The notes below the pieces were generated by a model. That model saw only the letters and a list, made by a program, of their open reading frames with translations. It had not been told where the DNA came from and did not search any database. Both the position numbers and the translations under genes were made by a program. DNA of 64,000 nt from Thainema sp. GTDB lineage: Bacteria > Cyanobacteriota > Cyanobacteriia > Phormidesmidales > Phormidesmidaceae. Shown here piece after piece: positions 11,750-22,454 of this stretch (positions within the stretch are counted from its first letter, which is position 1; the number at the start of each line of letters is the position of its first letter). The DNA is taken from the NCBI GenBank assembly GCA_052168235.1, contig JBQLZK010000023.1, positions 1-64,000 of the forward strand, in the 5' to 3' direction.

Positions 11750-12613
11750 ATGTTTACAGTTCTAGAGATTACGACAATCGACCTATTGGAAAAAATTAAA
11801 GCAACCTATTATCAGCTTTATGGCAACCAATCGACTCAATCAATTGTCTTTTTGATTGAAGCTGCAGAGCGAATTTTAGCTACTTTGGCTCAGGGCAATG
11901 CCCCCTATCACAATGTCGAGCATACGATTTTAGTGACAGCTGTTGGGCAAGAAATTTTACTCGGTAAGCAGCGACTGGACGGACAGGTCACACCCCATAA
12001 CTGGCTACATTACACCTTGGCACTGCTATGTCACGATATTGGATACATCCAGGGCGCTTGTCTGCAAGACGTACCTTGGGAAAGTCAGTATTGGGTCAGT
12101 AGCGATTCTCTTCGAGACGGCAAAGCTGATCACACCATCACGCTCAACTCTGGCGCAACCGATGCTAGCTTAGCGCCCTATCACATTGAGCGCAGCAAGC
12201 ATTATGTACACGAACAGTTCAGCACGTACTCTTTCATCAATGTGGAGCTGATTCAGCGCTACATTGAGCACACTCGCTTTCCCGTCCCGACCCACTGCGG
12301 CCATCAATCCACGTCAGATTACGCAGGGCTGACGCGGGCAGCAGATTTGATTGGTCAGCTCAGCGATCCCCGCTATTTGCAAAAAACGGTGGCGCTATTT
12401 GCTGAGTTTGAAGAAACGGGCGCAAATCGGCGTTTGGGCTATAACAATGCCGATGATTTGTGGCTTGGCTATCCCACGTTTTTCCGCAAGTTGGTTTATC
12501 CCTATTTAGGTGATGCTATTCGCTATCTACATGCAACGTTTGCAGGTAAACAAGTTGTCGCCAGCCTTTACAGCAACGTGGCAACTGCGGAAAAGTGGTC
12601 ACGGCTCAATTAG
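11750..12613 (+). CDS. HD-domain metal-dependent phosphohydrolase (Npun_R2479-like; class I PDE-like motifs)
   Basis: APYHNVEH, LLCHDIGY, YHIERS, RAADLIGQL; AGGAG RBS upstream. Confidence 0.85.
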   Translation: MFTVLEITTIDLLEKIKATYYQLYGNQSTQSIVFLIEAAERILATLAQGNAPYHNVEHTILVTAVGQEILLGKQRLDGQVTPHNWLHYTLALLCHDIGYIQGACLQDVPWESQYWVSSDSLRDGKADHTITLNSGATDASLAPYHIERSKHYVHEQFSTYSFINVELIQRYIEHTRFPVPTHCGHQSTSDYAGLTRAADLIGQLSDPRYLQKTVALFAEFEETGANRRLGYNNADDLWLGYPTFFRKLVYPYLGDAIRYLHATFAGKQVVASLYSNVATAEKWSRLN

Positions 12614-12805
12614 GTTGTCTTGTTGACTCAAGAGGTACTTGCAATTTGGGTCACCTCCATGAATTGGACTCACTCTCTGTGGAGACAGAGACATGCCCTT
12701 TGCACAACGACAGCATCCTCAGTTTTCCTACTTTCGTTAAGCGAACTCATTACGACTTTGTGTTAGCATAAGCTTAACACATGTTCATAAAGGAATCGTT
12801 CAATT

Positions 12806-13381
12806 ATGGTCAAGATTGTTGGTCTAGCCGGAAGCTTACGCCCTGAATCCTATAGCTACAGGGCGCTGCAAGTCGCCGCAGAACGAGCTAAGCACTATGG
12901 CGCAAACGTCGAAATTTTGGACTTGCGCGAAATGAACTTGCCGTTTTGTGACGGGACGGGAGACTATCTCGATTATCCTGATGTGGAGCGGCTCCGTGAG
13001 GCAGTTAAGCAGGCTGATGGTTTAATCTTAGCTACACCGGAATATCACGGTAGCGTCAGTGGAGTGCTGAAAAATGCGCTGGATTTGATGAGCTTTGAGC
13101 ATCTGTCCGGCAAAGTGACGGGCGTAATTAGCGTTTTGGGTGGCCAGTCCAACAGCAATGCGTTGAATGATTTGCGGGTCATCATGCGCTGGGTTCACGC
13201 TTGGGTGATTCCAGAACAGGTTGCGATCGGACAAGCGTGGCAAGCGTTTAACGAGCAGGGTCAACTTAAGGATGAAAAGCTGGCAGAGCGGATGGATGGC
13301 TTTGCGAAGAGCCTGGTGGAAAATACTCAGCGGCTGACAACTCATTCTGTGGCACTCGCTAGCAGCAGCAGCAAAAATTGA
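12806..13381 (+). CDS. NADPH-dependent FMN reductase
   Basis: GSLRPES, ATPEYHGSVSGVLKNALD. Confidence 0.93.
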   Translation: MVKIVGLAGSLRPESYSYRALQVAAERAKHYGANVEILDLREMNLPFCDGTGDYLDYPDVERLREAVKQADGLILATPEYHGSVSGVLKNALDLMSFEHLSGKVTGVISVLGGQSNSNALNDLRVIMRWVHAWVIPEQVAIGQAWQAFNEQGQLKDEKLAERMDGFAKSLVENTQRLTTHSVALASSSSKN

Positions 13382-13433
13382 GGCAATATGATGAGGATAT
13401 TCGTTAAACTTGAGCGATTGTCCACATCAGGTT

Positions 13434-15266
13434 ATGGCAGTATCCGTGGGAACAACCCTCCAGGGCGGCAAGTACACCCTTGACCAAGAACTGGGTCTGG
13501 GTGGATTTGGTGTGACCTATAAGGCGACACACCACTTTTTGAACCAAACCGTCGTAGTTAAAACGCTGAATGAGGCTGGCAGACGCGATCGCAACTTTGA
13601 AGATCTGCGGGACAAGTTCCAGGCCGAGGCACGTCGTCTTGCAATGTGCGTCCATCCCAATATTGTGCGGGTCAGCGACTTCTTCACCGAAGACGAGATG
13701 CCCTACATGGTGATGGACTACATTCCAGGCCAAACCTTGGGGGAGATTGTATTCCCTGACCATCCCATGCCGGAGGCGACCGCAGTTCATTACATCCAGC
13801 AGATCGGCTCTGCTCTGGAGGCCGTTCACCAGAACGGGATGCTGCATCGAGATATCAAACCGCAGAACATCATCTTGCGCCAAGGAACCGATGAAGTCAT
13901 TCTGATTGACTTTGGTATTTCTCGCGAGTTCACCCTAGGCCAAACCCAAACTCACACCAGCTTGATTTCGGTAGGCTACGCGCCCATTGAGCAGTATATG
14001 ACCCAGGCGCAGCGGACGCCCGCCAGTGATGTCTATGGCTTGGCAGCGACGCTGTATGCGCTGGTAACGGCTCAGGTGCCGGTTGCCTCGATCCTGCGAG
14101 ATCGCCAACCACTGGTGCCGCCCAATGAAATTCGCCCAGATCTCAGTCCTGAAATTAGTCGCGCTATTATGCGCGGTATGGCGATGGAAATTGAGCATCG
14201 GCCTCAAAGCGTGACGGAGTGGCTCTCGCTGCTGTCCGCTGTCTATCCCAATGCACCCGCACAGGCCACAGATAATTCCGCTGCTGGCATTCCCCAATTT
14301 CCCAGACCTGCATCAACAACGACTGTGCCGACGATGGCTGTGTCTCCTAAGGCCCGTCCGCCCCGTCGTTCTGCACCCCCGGTCGCGTCTGGTGCAGCGA
14401 TGCCACCTCAATCTCGCAGTGCCGCTCCGGTTGGACAACGCGTTTCGCCCCGCCCCGTTCGACGGCAACAAACCCAGCAGCAAACGCCTTGGCGATTGTG
14501 GTTAGGTTTAATTGCAACAGCGTTAATTGTGGGCAGCTTGGCCGCACTCCTCTTCCGGCCTCAGCCGGAATCGACCACACCGGATGAAACTCAACCATCG
14601 CCTACACCAACAGAGCCGGAGTCTCGCCCTTCTGCGCCTGTGGATGAACAGGAGGTAGAACCCGTCCCTGAGACTGAAGAAGAGACTGAAGCTGAGCCGA
14701 CTCCGGAAGAAACTGCCCCAGTCGATGAAACCGATACTGAATCGGTTGAAGAACCATTTGAGCCGCCGCCTGAGGACACAGTTCCTCCCGGATCGGGATC
14801 GGATAATAATACTGCTCCTGAGTCAGATACTAACGGCAATACCGATAGCAATAATACTGACGCTGTCCCTGGATTTCCGCCCGGTACTTCGGAGGAGAAA
14901 ATCAAAGATGAATTGGGGGAGCCCCAGGCCAGTAGCCCATCGGGATACTGGCCCAATACACGCTCAGTTCGCTACGAAGTCGTACCGGACGAAATTACGC
15001 TCGGCTATATTTACGATCGCGATACCGCAAAACTGCGTCAAACAGAGGTTTCTTTTGCCCAGTCCGTTGCGACATCGACGATGCTCTCAACGTTAGACGG
15101 AATGATGGCTGGACAAACGCCGCGAAATGTACAAACCGCGCTCGCACAAATTAAAGACCGCCAGCGGCAAGAATACCCCTTTGATGCCGGAGGCTTAAAG
15201 GGCGTGATTCAGCGCAATGCTCAAGACCGGATTTACATTGGCGTTTGGGATCGAGATTTGCATTAA
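13434..15266 (+). CDS. Membrane Ser/Thr protein kinase (Hanks type) with acidic extracytoplasmic domain
   Basis: [38 protein letters not shown] helix; ATG 13434 preferred. Confidence 0.93.
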   Translation: MAVSVGTTLQGGKYTLDQELGLGGFGVTYKATHHFLNQTVVVKTLNEAGRRDRNFEDLRDKFQAEARRLAMCVHPNIVRVSDFFTEDEMPYMVMDYIPGQTLGEIVFPDHPMPEATAVHYIQQIGSALEAVHQNGMLHRDIKPQNIILRQGTDEVILIDFGISREFTLGQTQTHTSLISVGYAPIEQYMTQAQRTPASDVYGLAATLYALVTAQVPVASILRDRQPLVPPNEIRPDLSPEISRAIMRGMAMEIEHRPQSVTEWLSLLSAVYPNAPAQATDNSAAGIPQFPRPASTTTVPTMAVSPKARPPRRSAPPVASGAAMPPQSRSAAPVGQRVSPRPVRRQQTQQQTPWRLWLGLIATALIVGSLAALLFRPQPESTTPDETQPSPTPTEPESRPSAPVDEQEVEPVPETEEETEAEPTPEETAPVDETDTESVEEPFEPPPEDTVPPGSGSDNNTAPESDTNGNTDSNNTDAVPGFPPGTSEEKIKDELGEPQASSPSGYWPNTRSVRYEVVPDEITLGYIYDRDTAKLRQTEVSFAQSVATSTMLSTLDGMMAGQTPRNVQTALAQIKDRQRQEYPFDAGGLKGVIQRNAQDRIYIGVWDRDLH

Positions 15267-15350
15267 AAACCGGAGAAGGGGACTTTGTCGCCGGTTTGGA
15301 TCTTGAAGATGGCGATAGGATAGAAACCCATACTATTGCTGACTGTTGTC

Positions 15351-16250
15351 ATGACGGCTGATTTGTCTGCGGATACACCGAATACGCCTGAGTTTAAGCA
15401 CGTTCCCGTTTTGAGCCGTGAGGTGCTGGCTGGGTTGGCACCGCAGGCAGGCAGTGTATATTTGGATGCCACGGTGGGTGGCGGCGGTCACAGTCGATTA
15501 CTCCTAGAAGCTCATCCCGATCTCCGTATCGTCGCTATCGATCAGGACGATCAGGCGATTGCCGCTGCGCAGGCGAATTTGGCTGAATTTTGCGATCGCA
15601 TTCAGTTTTTCCACAGCAATTTTGCGCAGTATCAACCAGGAGAGCAAAAGTTCAACGGAATTCTCGCAGATTTAGGTGTTAGCTCAGCTCAGTTCGATAT
15701 TCCTGAACGTGGCTTCAGCTTTCGCCATGAAGCAGAGTTGGACATGCGGATGAACCGCAGCCAAACTACCACCGCCGCCGAGATCGTGAATCACTGGGAT
15801 GAAAAAGAACTGGCGGACTTGATCTACACCTACGGCGAAGAACGACTATCGCGCCGTATCGCCCGCCGCATTGTTGAGAAGCGCCCGTTTACCACCACGA
15901 CAGAACTGGCTGACGCCATTTTTTATTCCGTGCCGCCCAAGTATCGGCATGGTCGCATTCATCCGGCGACGCGCACGTTCCAAGCGCTCCGTATTGCCGT
16001 GAATCAAGAACTAGAGGTCTTGGAAACGCTGCTGAAGCGGGCACCCGACTGGCTCAATCTTGGTGGACGACTGGCGATTATTAGCTTTCATAGTTTGGAA
16101 GACCGCATCGTTAAATATGCCTTTCGGGAAGACGAGCGGCTCAAGATTATTACCAAAAAACCGATTACCGCTGAGGCAGATGAGGTGGAGGAAAATGTGC
16201 GATCGCGTTCGGCCAAATTGCGAATCGCCGAACGAATTGAAACCGAGTAA
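15351..16250 (+). CDS. rsmH: 16S rRNA m4C1402 methyltransferase RsmH (MraW)
   Basis: [52 protein letters not shown]. Confidence 0.97.
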   Translation: MTADLSADTPNTPEFKHVPVLSREVLAGLAPQAGSVYLDATVGGGGHSRLLLEAHPDLRIVAIDQDDQAIAAAQANLAEFCDRIQFFHSNFAQYQPGEQKFNGILADLGVSSAQFDIPERGFSFRHEAELDMRMNRSQTTTAAEIVNHWDEKELADLIYTYGEERLSRRIARRIVEKRPFTTTTELADAIFYSVPPKYRHGRIHPATRTFQALRIAVNQELEVLETLLKRAPDWLNLGGRLAIISFHSLEDRIVKYAFREDERLKIITKKPITAEADEVEENVRSRSAKLRIAERIETE

Positions 16251-16350
16251 TTCCATCTTGCGGTAGACGAATCGCACGTTCGGATGATAGACGCGCATCT
16301 GTTTATTCTTCAATAAGCTAGAGCCGATGCAGCAGACGAGGTATTGGCGC

Positions 16351-17205
16351 ATGAGCTTTGAAACTAGCCCAAAGGATCGCAAGCGGTATTGGCTGCGGGG
16401 CTTATTAGCCATTGTGATGCTAACGGGCATGGCGGCCTGTAATACGCCTGAGACTGAGGTTGAGGTTGAGCAATCAGAATTTGATGTTGAAACTCAAACT
16501 GAAGACCTGAGTGCAGCGGCACGGGACGATGCTCCAGGTGGTTTTGATGATGATCAGCTAGAAGAGTTTATCCAAACCCAGATGTCAACCGTGCCAGAGG
16601 TTGATCTAAGTGAAGTGACTGTTGAAGTGACAAACGGCAGCGCGATTCTGTCAGGTAGCGTCAATTCCCTAGCTGGCCGGATCGAAGCAGAAGAAATCGC
16701 CCAGCAGACGGAAGGAATTACAGCAGTCACCAACAACGTTGAGGTCGTGGCGGCGAATTTAGCTGATGGAGAAGTGACGGCATCCGTCTTGGAAGCGCTG
16801 GAAACGGAACCGCTGCTGGAACGCTACGAGATTTCGGCTGAAACCACCAACGGCAACGTTGAACTGATTGGTCTGGTGGATAACTATCTTGAGAAACAGC
16901 AGGCAACCCAAATTGCTAGCCGCGTTACTGGCGTGAGAAATATTGAAAACGAGATTTTGATTGACAGCGACAACAGTCAGTCTGATGCCGAAATCGAAGA
17001 GCAGATTGATGCGCTACTACAAGAGGTTGAGGACGTTGACCTGAGCCAAATCGATGTTGCGGTAGACAATGGCGTCGTTACGCTAGCGGGTAGCGTACCC
17101 ACCCTCTACGCTCAAAATACGGCAATTGGATCAGCCCTGGTTGAAGGAGTAGAAGCGGTTGATGCTGAGAATCTCACGGTTGAACCCAGTGGATCGGTTG
17201 AATAA
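16351..17205 (+). CDS. BON-domain lipoprotein (about 3 BON domains)
   Basis: Lipobox-like MAAC; repeats of V.V.NG.V.L.G.V...EGITAVTNNVEV type; start may be 16327. Confidence 0.85.
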   Translation: MSFETSPKDRKRYWLRGLLAIVMLTGMAACNTPETEVEVEQSEFDVETQTEDLSAAARDDAPGGFDDDQLEEFIQTQMSTVPEVDLSEVTVEVTNGSAILSGSVNSLAGRIEAEEIAQQTEGITAVTNNVEVVAANLADGEVTASVLEALETEPLLERYEISAETTNGNVELIGLVDNYLEKQQATQIASRVTGVRNIENEILIDSDNSQSDAEIEEQIDALLQEVEDVDLSQIDVAVDNGVVTLAGSVPTLYAQNTAIGSALVEGVEAVDAENLTVEPSGSVE

Positions 17206-17286
17206 AGTTGAACAGGTTGAGTGAGTTCAGTTGTCAACTCTGCTTTAAACACTCAATAGCCACTTGATCGCAACGGCCACTCGATA

Positions 17287-18762
17287 TCAACTGCCGCCTG
17301 ATATCATCAGGCCGCCTGTAACCGCCAGCGGTAGTCGAACTGAGAAGCAAGTGCCTTGACCTACTGTGCTGGTGACTGAAATTCTGCCATTGTGGCGTTG
17401 AGTAATGGCTTTCACAATGGCAAGTCCTAATCCTGTACCGCCTTCTTGGCGCGATCGCGCTTTGTCAGCTCGCCAAAAGCGATCAAAAATGTGGGGTAGC
17501 TGGTCTTCTGCAATGCCGATACCTGTATCTTGCACTTGCACTAGGGCAATGCGTCCTTGCCGCGTGGCCTTGATATGAACGGTACCGCCATCCGGCGTGT
17601 ATTGAATGGCGTTGTGCACCAAATTGGAAAATAAGCGGCTCAACTGCATCCGGTCGCCAATCACGGGCAGAGTGGTGTTGCAGCTAAACTTGAGGCCAAT
17701 ATCCTTCATTTCCGCTGAAGGGCCTAGCAGCTCAATCACCTCTTGCAGCAAATGCTCTAGATTGACCATCGCCTGCTCATGCGGAGAGCTTTCTAACGGT
17801 GCATCCATGCGGGCTAGCAACAGCAAATCCTGCGCTAGACGGCTCATCTGCGTTGTGGCGCTGGAAATCGCAGCTAGCTTTTTGGCATCCTTGGGATGAA
17901 TCCGTTCTGGATGGTTTAGGATTACGTCAATTGAGGTTTGAATTGCCGTCAGCGGACTACGCAGTTCATGCGAAGCATCGGCAGTGAACTGCCGCAGTTG
18001 GCGGAAGCTCTGCTCGATGGGCTGAACGGATTTGCGCGTCAGCCAGAGACCACCGAGTCCGACAAAGCCAAGTGCGATCGCACCTCCTGCCCCCAGTCCC
18101 AACAGCATTTGGCTCTGAGCTGTCGCAATATCTTCAGTAGACTGGCTAGCCCGAATGTAGCCCACCAAATTAGGTTCTTCGTTGTCAGATTGGTCTTTAA
18201 ATACCGAAATTGTGACGCTGCGAATCGACTCAAAATCATTGCTGCTTAACGAGTCCGCTTCATCTGGCGACTGGGCCGTTACATCCGATGCGCCTTCGTT
18301 CGGGGGCTCGTTGACCACATCAAGATTGGCACCGTCTACATCCTCATCTACGGCGACTAATATGGGCTGCCGGATTGTCGCTGGGCCTAAGCTGGGCCGT
18401 GAGTGGATTTCTAGCGTTCCACGTCGCGCAAGCTGATTGCCTTCAGCATCAAACCACTCTAAGCTTTGCCGATCGCGGTTGAAAATATCGCGCCAAGGCA
18501 CTTCATCAACCTGCTCCAAGTAAGCATCACCATCGGACTTCACAGCCGAAAACGACGGTGTAGCCGACTGGGCCAGCGTCAGCAGTTTTTTATCAAGCTG
18601 TTGATAAAGATTACGGCTGACAAACATATAGACACCGACCCCAAACACACCCAAAATTGAGGCCATGACTAGCAGTTGGTAAACCAGCAGCCGCCATCGC
18701 AGGTTTCGAAACATTGCACTTTGTCTCGGTGATGGATTGGACTTGGGGGAAAAATTCAGCAA
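17287..18762 (-). CDS. Membrane sensor histidine kinase
   Basis: 2 TM, ADASHELRSPL H-box, NLVHNAIQY, DTGIGI, GGTGLGL; alternative ATG at 18714. Confidence 0.93.
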   Translation of the reverse strand: MLNFSPKSNPSPRQSAMFRNLRWRLLVYQLLVMASILGVFGVGVYMFVSRNLYQQLDKKLLTLAQSATPSFSAVKSDGDAYLEQVDEVPWRDIFNRDRQSLEWFDAEGNQLARRGTLEIHSRPSLGPATIRQPILVAVDEDVDGANLDVVNEPPNEGASDVTAQSPDEADSLSSNDFESIRSVTISVFKDQSDNEEPNLVGYIRASQSTEDIATAQSQMLLGLGAGGAIALGFVGLGGLWLTRKSVQPIEQSFRQLRQFTADASHELRSPLTAIQTSIDVILNHPERIHPKDAKKLAAISSATTQMSRLAQDLLLLARMDAPLESSPHEQAMVNLEHLLQEVIELLGPSAEMKDIGLKFSCNTTLPVIGDRMQLSRLFSNLVHNAIQYTPDGGTVHIKATRQGRIALVQVQDTGIGIAEDQLPHIFDRFWRADKARSRQEGGTGLGLAIVKAITQRHNGRISVTSTVGQGTCFSVRLPLAVTGGLMISGGS

Positions 18763-18775
18763 TTTTAGCGATCAC

Positions 18776-19483
18776 CTAATGATTAACGTCAGCTGTTTCT
18801 TCAGCAGCAACATCCTGCTTGAGACGATACCCCAACCCGTAGACTGTTTCAATTAAGTCGGCGGGGGCACCTGCTGATTTTAGCTTTTGGCGCAACCCAC
18901 GAATATGGGCTTTGACCGTTGCCTCGCCTGGTGTGCTTTCGAATGACCACAGCTGGTCAATAATCTGGGATCGGCTAAAGACACGCCGTTCATTCCGCAA
19001 AAATAGCTCTAAGAGGCTGTACTCTTTAGGGCTGAGGGGCAGCAGTTCCCCGTTGTAGGTGACTTCACACAAATTGGGATCAAGCTTGATTCCTTGCCAC
19101 TCTAGGACAGGTGGCAGCATAGAATCGCCCCGTCGCAGTAGCGCTCGAAGTCGGGCTGACAGTTCCTGCAGATGAAAGGGCTTGACTAAGTAATCATCGG
19201 CTCCAGCATCTAAACCTAGAACGCGATCGCTAATCGTATCGCGAGCCGTCAACATCAGAACGGGAATGGTATAGCCTGCCGAGCGCAACTTGCGGCACAG
19301 GGTAATCCCATCCATCTTCGGCAACATGACATCGAGCAGGATCAGATCATAGGTAAAGCTTTCAATGCATTCCCATGCCATTTCGCCATCGCCGATAATT
19401 TCAACCACATGGTGCTGGTCTGTTAAGTCTTCGGCCAGGGCATCTGCAATTCGTTCGTCATCTTCAACCAACAAAATTCTCAT
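18776..19483 (-). CDS. OmpR-family response regulator
   Basis: RILLVEDD, LLDVMLP, GADDYLVKPF, winged helix IETVYGLGYRL. Confidence 0.95.
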   Translation of the reverse strand: MRILLVEDDERIADALAEDLTDQHHVVEIIGDGEMAWECIESFTYDLILLDVMLPKMDGITLCRKLRSAGYTIPVLMLTARDTISDRVLGLDAGADDYLVKPFHLQELSARLRALLRRGDSMLPPVLEWQGIKLDPNLCEVTYNGELLPLSPKEYSLLELFLRNERRVFSRSQIIDQLWSFESTPGEATVKAHIRGLRQKLKSAGAPADLIETVYGLGYRLKQDVAAEETADVNH

Positions 19484-19756
19484 ACTCAAACTCAGCAGCG
19501 CTACGCACGAACACGGATAACCACGATTCTAGAAATGCGATGGCTATCACCTGCTCTGTTATGTATCTCAAAGCGGGATACTTGACATCCGCATGAGGTT
19601 AGAGGTTGGGCTAATCCGGTTGAGCTTTGGGCAATACACAAACCCTAGCTACCTAAATACTAGATATACCAATGCAATATCCAAATTAGCCAAATCTAAA
19701 TTAGCCGACTCTAGCAACTATAGCTATTCTGACATCTGGCTTCAAAACCTAGAAGG

Positions 19757-19793
19757 GCCATTCTGCCACCGCAGGGCAGCGGCAAAATGGCCG
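19757..19793 (-). terminator. Hairpin downstream of small lipoprotein gene
   Basis: ggccattctgcc...ggcaaaatggcc. Confidence 0.45.
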
Positions 19794-19874
19794 TTTCGAA
19801 TTCTAGATTGACCAAATGCAAGCTATCAGGTTGTTACCTAGAGAGCAAATGCTAAGCACGAGCAGAGAGCAGAA

Positions 19875-20186
19875 TTAGTTGGCAGGAACGCCAGTGCTGT
19901 CTTCGGGAACAGCCGTTGGGTCAGTCGCACTGTCATCCATTGGCTCTTCCATCGATTCGCTAGTCGGGTCAGCCGGATCAACTGGATCAGTGATGCTGGA
20001 ATCTGGAGCGGTGCCAGGAGCTTCCTCGTAGGATTTGGTCGGATCCTCAGCAGCGGGCTCGGTATTTTCGATAGCCGGATCAGTGCCTTGAGCCGGATCG
20101 GTGGGCTCGTTCTCTGCACTACATGCACCAATTACGGCAGTAGTTCCTAAAACAAGAGCGAGAGTGGCCAATTTGCGGTTAAACAT
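19875..20186 (-). CDS. Small acidic, probably disordered lipoprotein
   Basis: Signal peptide ending IGA-C; D/E/P/T-rich tail; AGGAGG RBS. Confidence 0.8.
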   Translation of the reverse strand: MFNRKLATLALVLGTTAVIGACSAENEPTDPAQGTDPAIENTEPAAEDPTKSYEEAPGTAPDSSITDPVDPADPTSESMEEPMDDSATDPTAVPEDSTGVPAN

Positions 20187-20445
20187 GAGCGTCCTCCTAA
20201 CGGATTGATGTTGATAGTTGATTTATCGTTTTTTTCGTTATCGCAGCTGATTGCAATGTGCGATCGCAGATTGAACCAACTGGGACGTAAACTCTTAACG
20301 ATGTATATAACTTGAGAATAGAAGTAAAAAGTAAAGAAATCGATTATTTTTGAGTAAATCTAATTCTAATCAGCGACTTTCAGCAGTTAGAGATATATCC
20401 AACGGGATAATCGCGAAATATGCTTGAATTGGCTTCAATATAGCC

Positions 20446-20475
20446 AAAAAAAGGGTGCTGAATATCAGCACCCTT
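20446..20475 (-). terminator. Intrinsic terminator after 20525-20860
   Basis: aagggtgctga-N3-tcagcaccctt with a U-tract on the minus strand. Confidence 0.75.
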
Positions 20476-20524
20476 GATGTGTCATCCTTGAGAGCGTCGG
20501 GTATAGTGTAATACCGTCTTAAAA

Positions 20525-20860
20525 CTAAGGAGTTCCCGTTGGAGCTTCTGCTTCCTCAACCGATTCAGCAGCCGGATCAACGGCTTCCATTTCTTCGGTT
20601 GCCTCAGGTGCTTCTACCTCTTCAACAGATTCAGTTGCGTCTGTCTCAGTTTCAACTTCGGCAGCATCCTTGGTGGCATCGGTTGGATCGGTTTCGGCGG
20701 GTGCCGCTTCTGGCTCGGTGCCGGGTTCAACTTCAGTCGCAGGTTCAACATCCTCTACGGGCTGTTCTCCCTGAGTTGCATCGGTTGGGTCTGCACTGCA
20801 AGCACCAACCAGAGTCGTCATTCCAAACACGAGCAGTAGTGCAATAAATTTCGTTGACAT
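20525..20860 (-). CDS. Small acidic, probably disordered lipoprotein (paralog of 19875-20186)
   Basis: Signal peptide ending VGA-C; E/A/P/T-rich tail; GAGGAGG RBS. Confidence 0.8.
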   Translation of the reverse strand: MSTKFIALLLVFGMTTLVGACSADPTDATQGEQPVEDVEPATEVEPGTEPEAAPAETDPTDATKDAAEVETETDATESVEEVEAPEATEEMEAVDPAAESVEEAEAPTGTP

Positions 20861-21045
20861 GGCTGTATTTCCTCCTCACAAATTGAGATTTGACATCACA
20901 CTTGGCATCACCATTCTTGACCTGGACTACTGATCCAGAGGTCGGGTTGATGTGATGATTAAAACCCCGATTGAATTCGAGAATACAGACAAAAAGTAAA
21001 AAATCCGGTAAAAGCAAACTAGTAGAATCAGTCTGGAACAACTGG

Positions 21046-22278
21046 CTAATCTTCAAACCAGCTAGAGCGCCAAGCCGACTCTGCTTCTGCGATCGCAAGC
21101 TGCTGCTGCTTCCGTTTATACTTACGCGATAGTCCCTCAAGCTGCTTCACGCTGCCGCGAATTTTAGTGCGCCAAACCGATAGCGTCGCGGTGGTAAATT
21201 CGATTTCAGATAGCCGCAGATGAATTGCCACGAGTGGAGTAACAGGCAGGCGGAGCGGCTCATCCTCATCCTCGTCCTCATCCTCATTTTCATCATCGGC
21301 TTCATCCAGATCGCTAGTTGGGCTAGCGGTTTCCGCAACCTCGACTAAAAGACGCAGCAGGTTCGGTGGCCCGGAAGACGGCCCTTCCGCCGCTTCCCCA
21401 GCTTTGGCCGCTGCCGCAAAGACGGGTTCCGGAAGCTGCCTTGGCAAAATATCCGCTTTTTGCAACAACCGATTAGCCGCTTGAGACGCCCCCTGCAAAA
21501 TCTCAGCAATAAAATACTCTAGTTTCTCTAAAATATCCACCAACTGCATTGGACTCAGTGGCTCGCCAGGCTTAACAGCAGATGAGAACGGAGAATCCTG
21601 GCGACCTGCGATCGCAAAATCTAAGCTCAACGCACTCGACAGCGGCAAAATTCGCGCACTCAATCCCGCATCCTTTGCCAAAGCCGGATTTTTCTCGATC
21701 TCCTGTACAATCCGAGCCAACGCCTCCGGTGTAATCGTCTCTAGCAGCTCAGAATCTGGAGAATTTTCCTCCTCATCCTTCCCATCACCCTCGACACCCT
21801 CAGCTTCTGTCCCCTCGCTCCCCTGCTCCCCTACTCCCTGACTCCCCTGTTCCCCTGCTCCCAACTCCCGATCACCTAAAGCCTCGGCCTCAAGCTCCTC
21901 TAACTCCTCACTCCTCTCGCCTAACTCTTCACTCTCCCCCAAATCCGCATCCATTTCTTCTTCCACAGGTTCATCGGCTAACCCCAACACCTGCTGAAGC
22001 ACATCAGTTTGCTCAATCAACTGCTGTTCAGCCTGCTTGCCCAAGCCCTTGATTGCCTGCTGCAGTTTCTGTCGCTGGCTAAAGGAGAGGCGCAAAAATC
22101 GCTCTGGATAATTCTGAGTGCAGAGATGATAGCAAGCCAGAATTAACTGCTGCCGCACACTCTGACCTAACGTCGTCAAATAGCGAGCATACAGTTCTGA
22201 AACCTCATCCGCGATCGCAGATGTTGTGTTTTCTAATGCTTTGATTTCTCGTTTGATTTGCTCCGTGGATGCAACCAT
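21046..22278 (-). CDS. Conserved cyanobacterial hypothetical protein with acidic low-complexity insertions
   Basis: 410-aa ORF; QQLILACYHLCTQNYPERFL and AEAESAWRSSW blocks flank E/D-rich segments. Confidence 0.75.
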   Translation of the reverse strand: MVASTEQIKREIKALENTTSAIADEVSELYARYLTTLGQSVRQQLILACYHLCTQNYPERFLRLSFSQRQKLQQAIKGLGKQAEQQLIEQTDVLQQVLGLADEPVEEEMDADLGESEELGERSEELEELEAEALGDRELGAGEQGSQGVGEQGSEGTEAEGVEGDGKDEEENSPDSELLETITPEALARIVQEIEKNPALAKDAGLSARILPLSSALSLDFAIAGRQDSPFSSAVKPGEPLSPMQLVDILEKLEYFIAEILQGASQAANRLLQKADILPRQLPEPVFAAAAKAGEAAEGPSSGPPNLLRLLVEVAETASPTSDLDEADDENEDEDEDEDEPLRLPVTPLVAIHLRLSEIEFTTATLSVWRTKIRGSVKQLEGLSRKYKRKQQQLAIAEAESAWRSSWFED

Positions 22279-22341
22279 CGGCAGATCGGTTGGGAATGGG
22301 TGGACAGGTTAATTATGCGTTGCGCTGTAGCAGTTTTAATA

Positions 22342-22427
22342 GACTTTATCGGAAATTGTTTTGTAGCGCGGCGAAGCCGCGCTACAAAACAATTTCCAAC
22401 TCCAAAAACTTTATTTCCAATAAAGTC
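22342..22427. mobile_element. 86-bp MITE-like element, family A copy 1
   Basis: TIRs GACTTTATCGGAAAT / ATTTCCAATAAAGTC; flanking 5-bp direct repeat TAATA; internal 22-bp-arm hairpin; near-identical copy at 27136-27221. Confidence 0.85.
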
Positions 22428-22454
22428 TAATAAATAGTGCTGAGTAAAGGGGGA

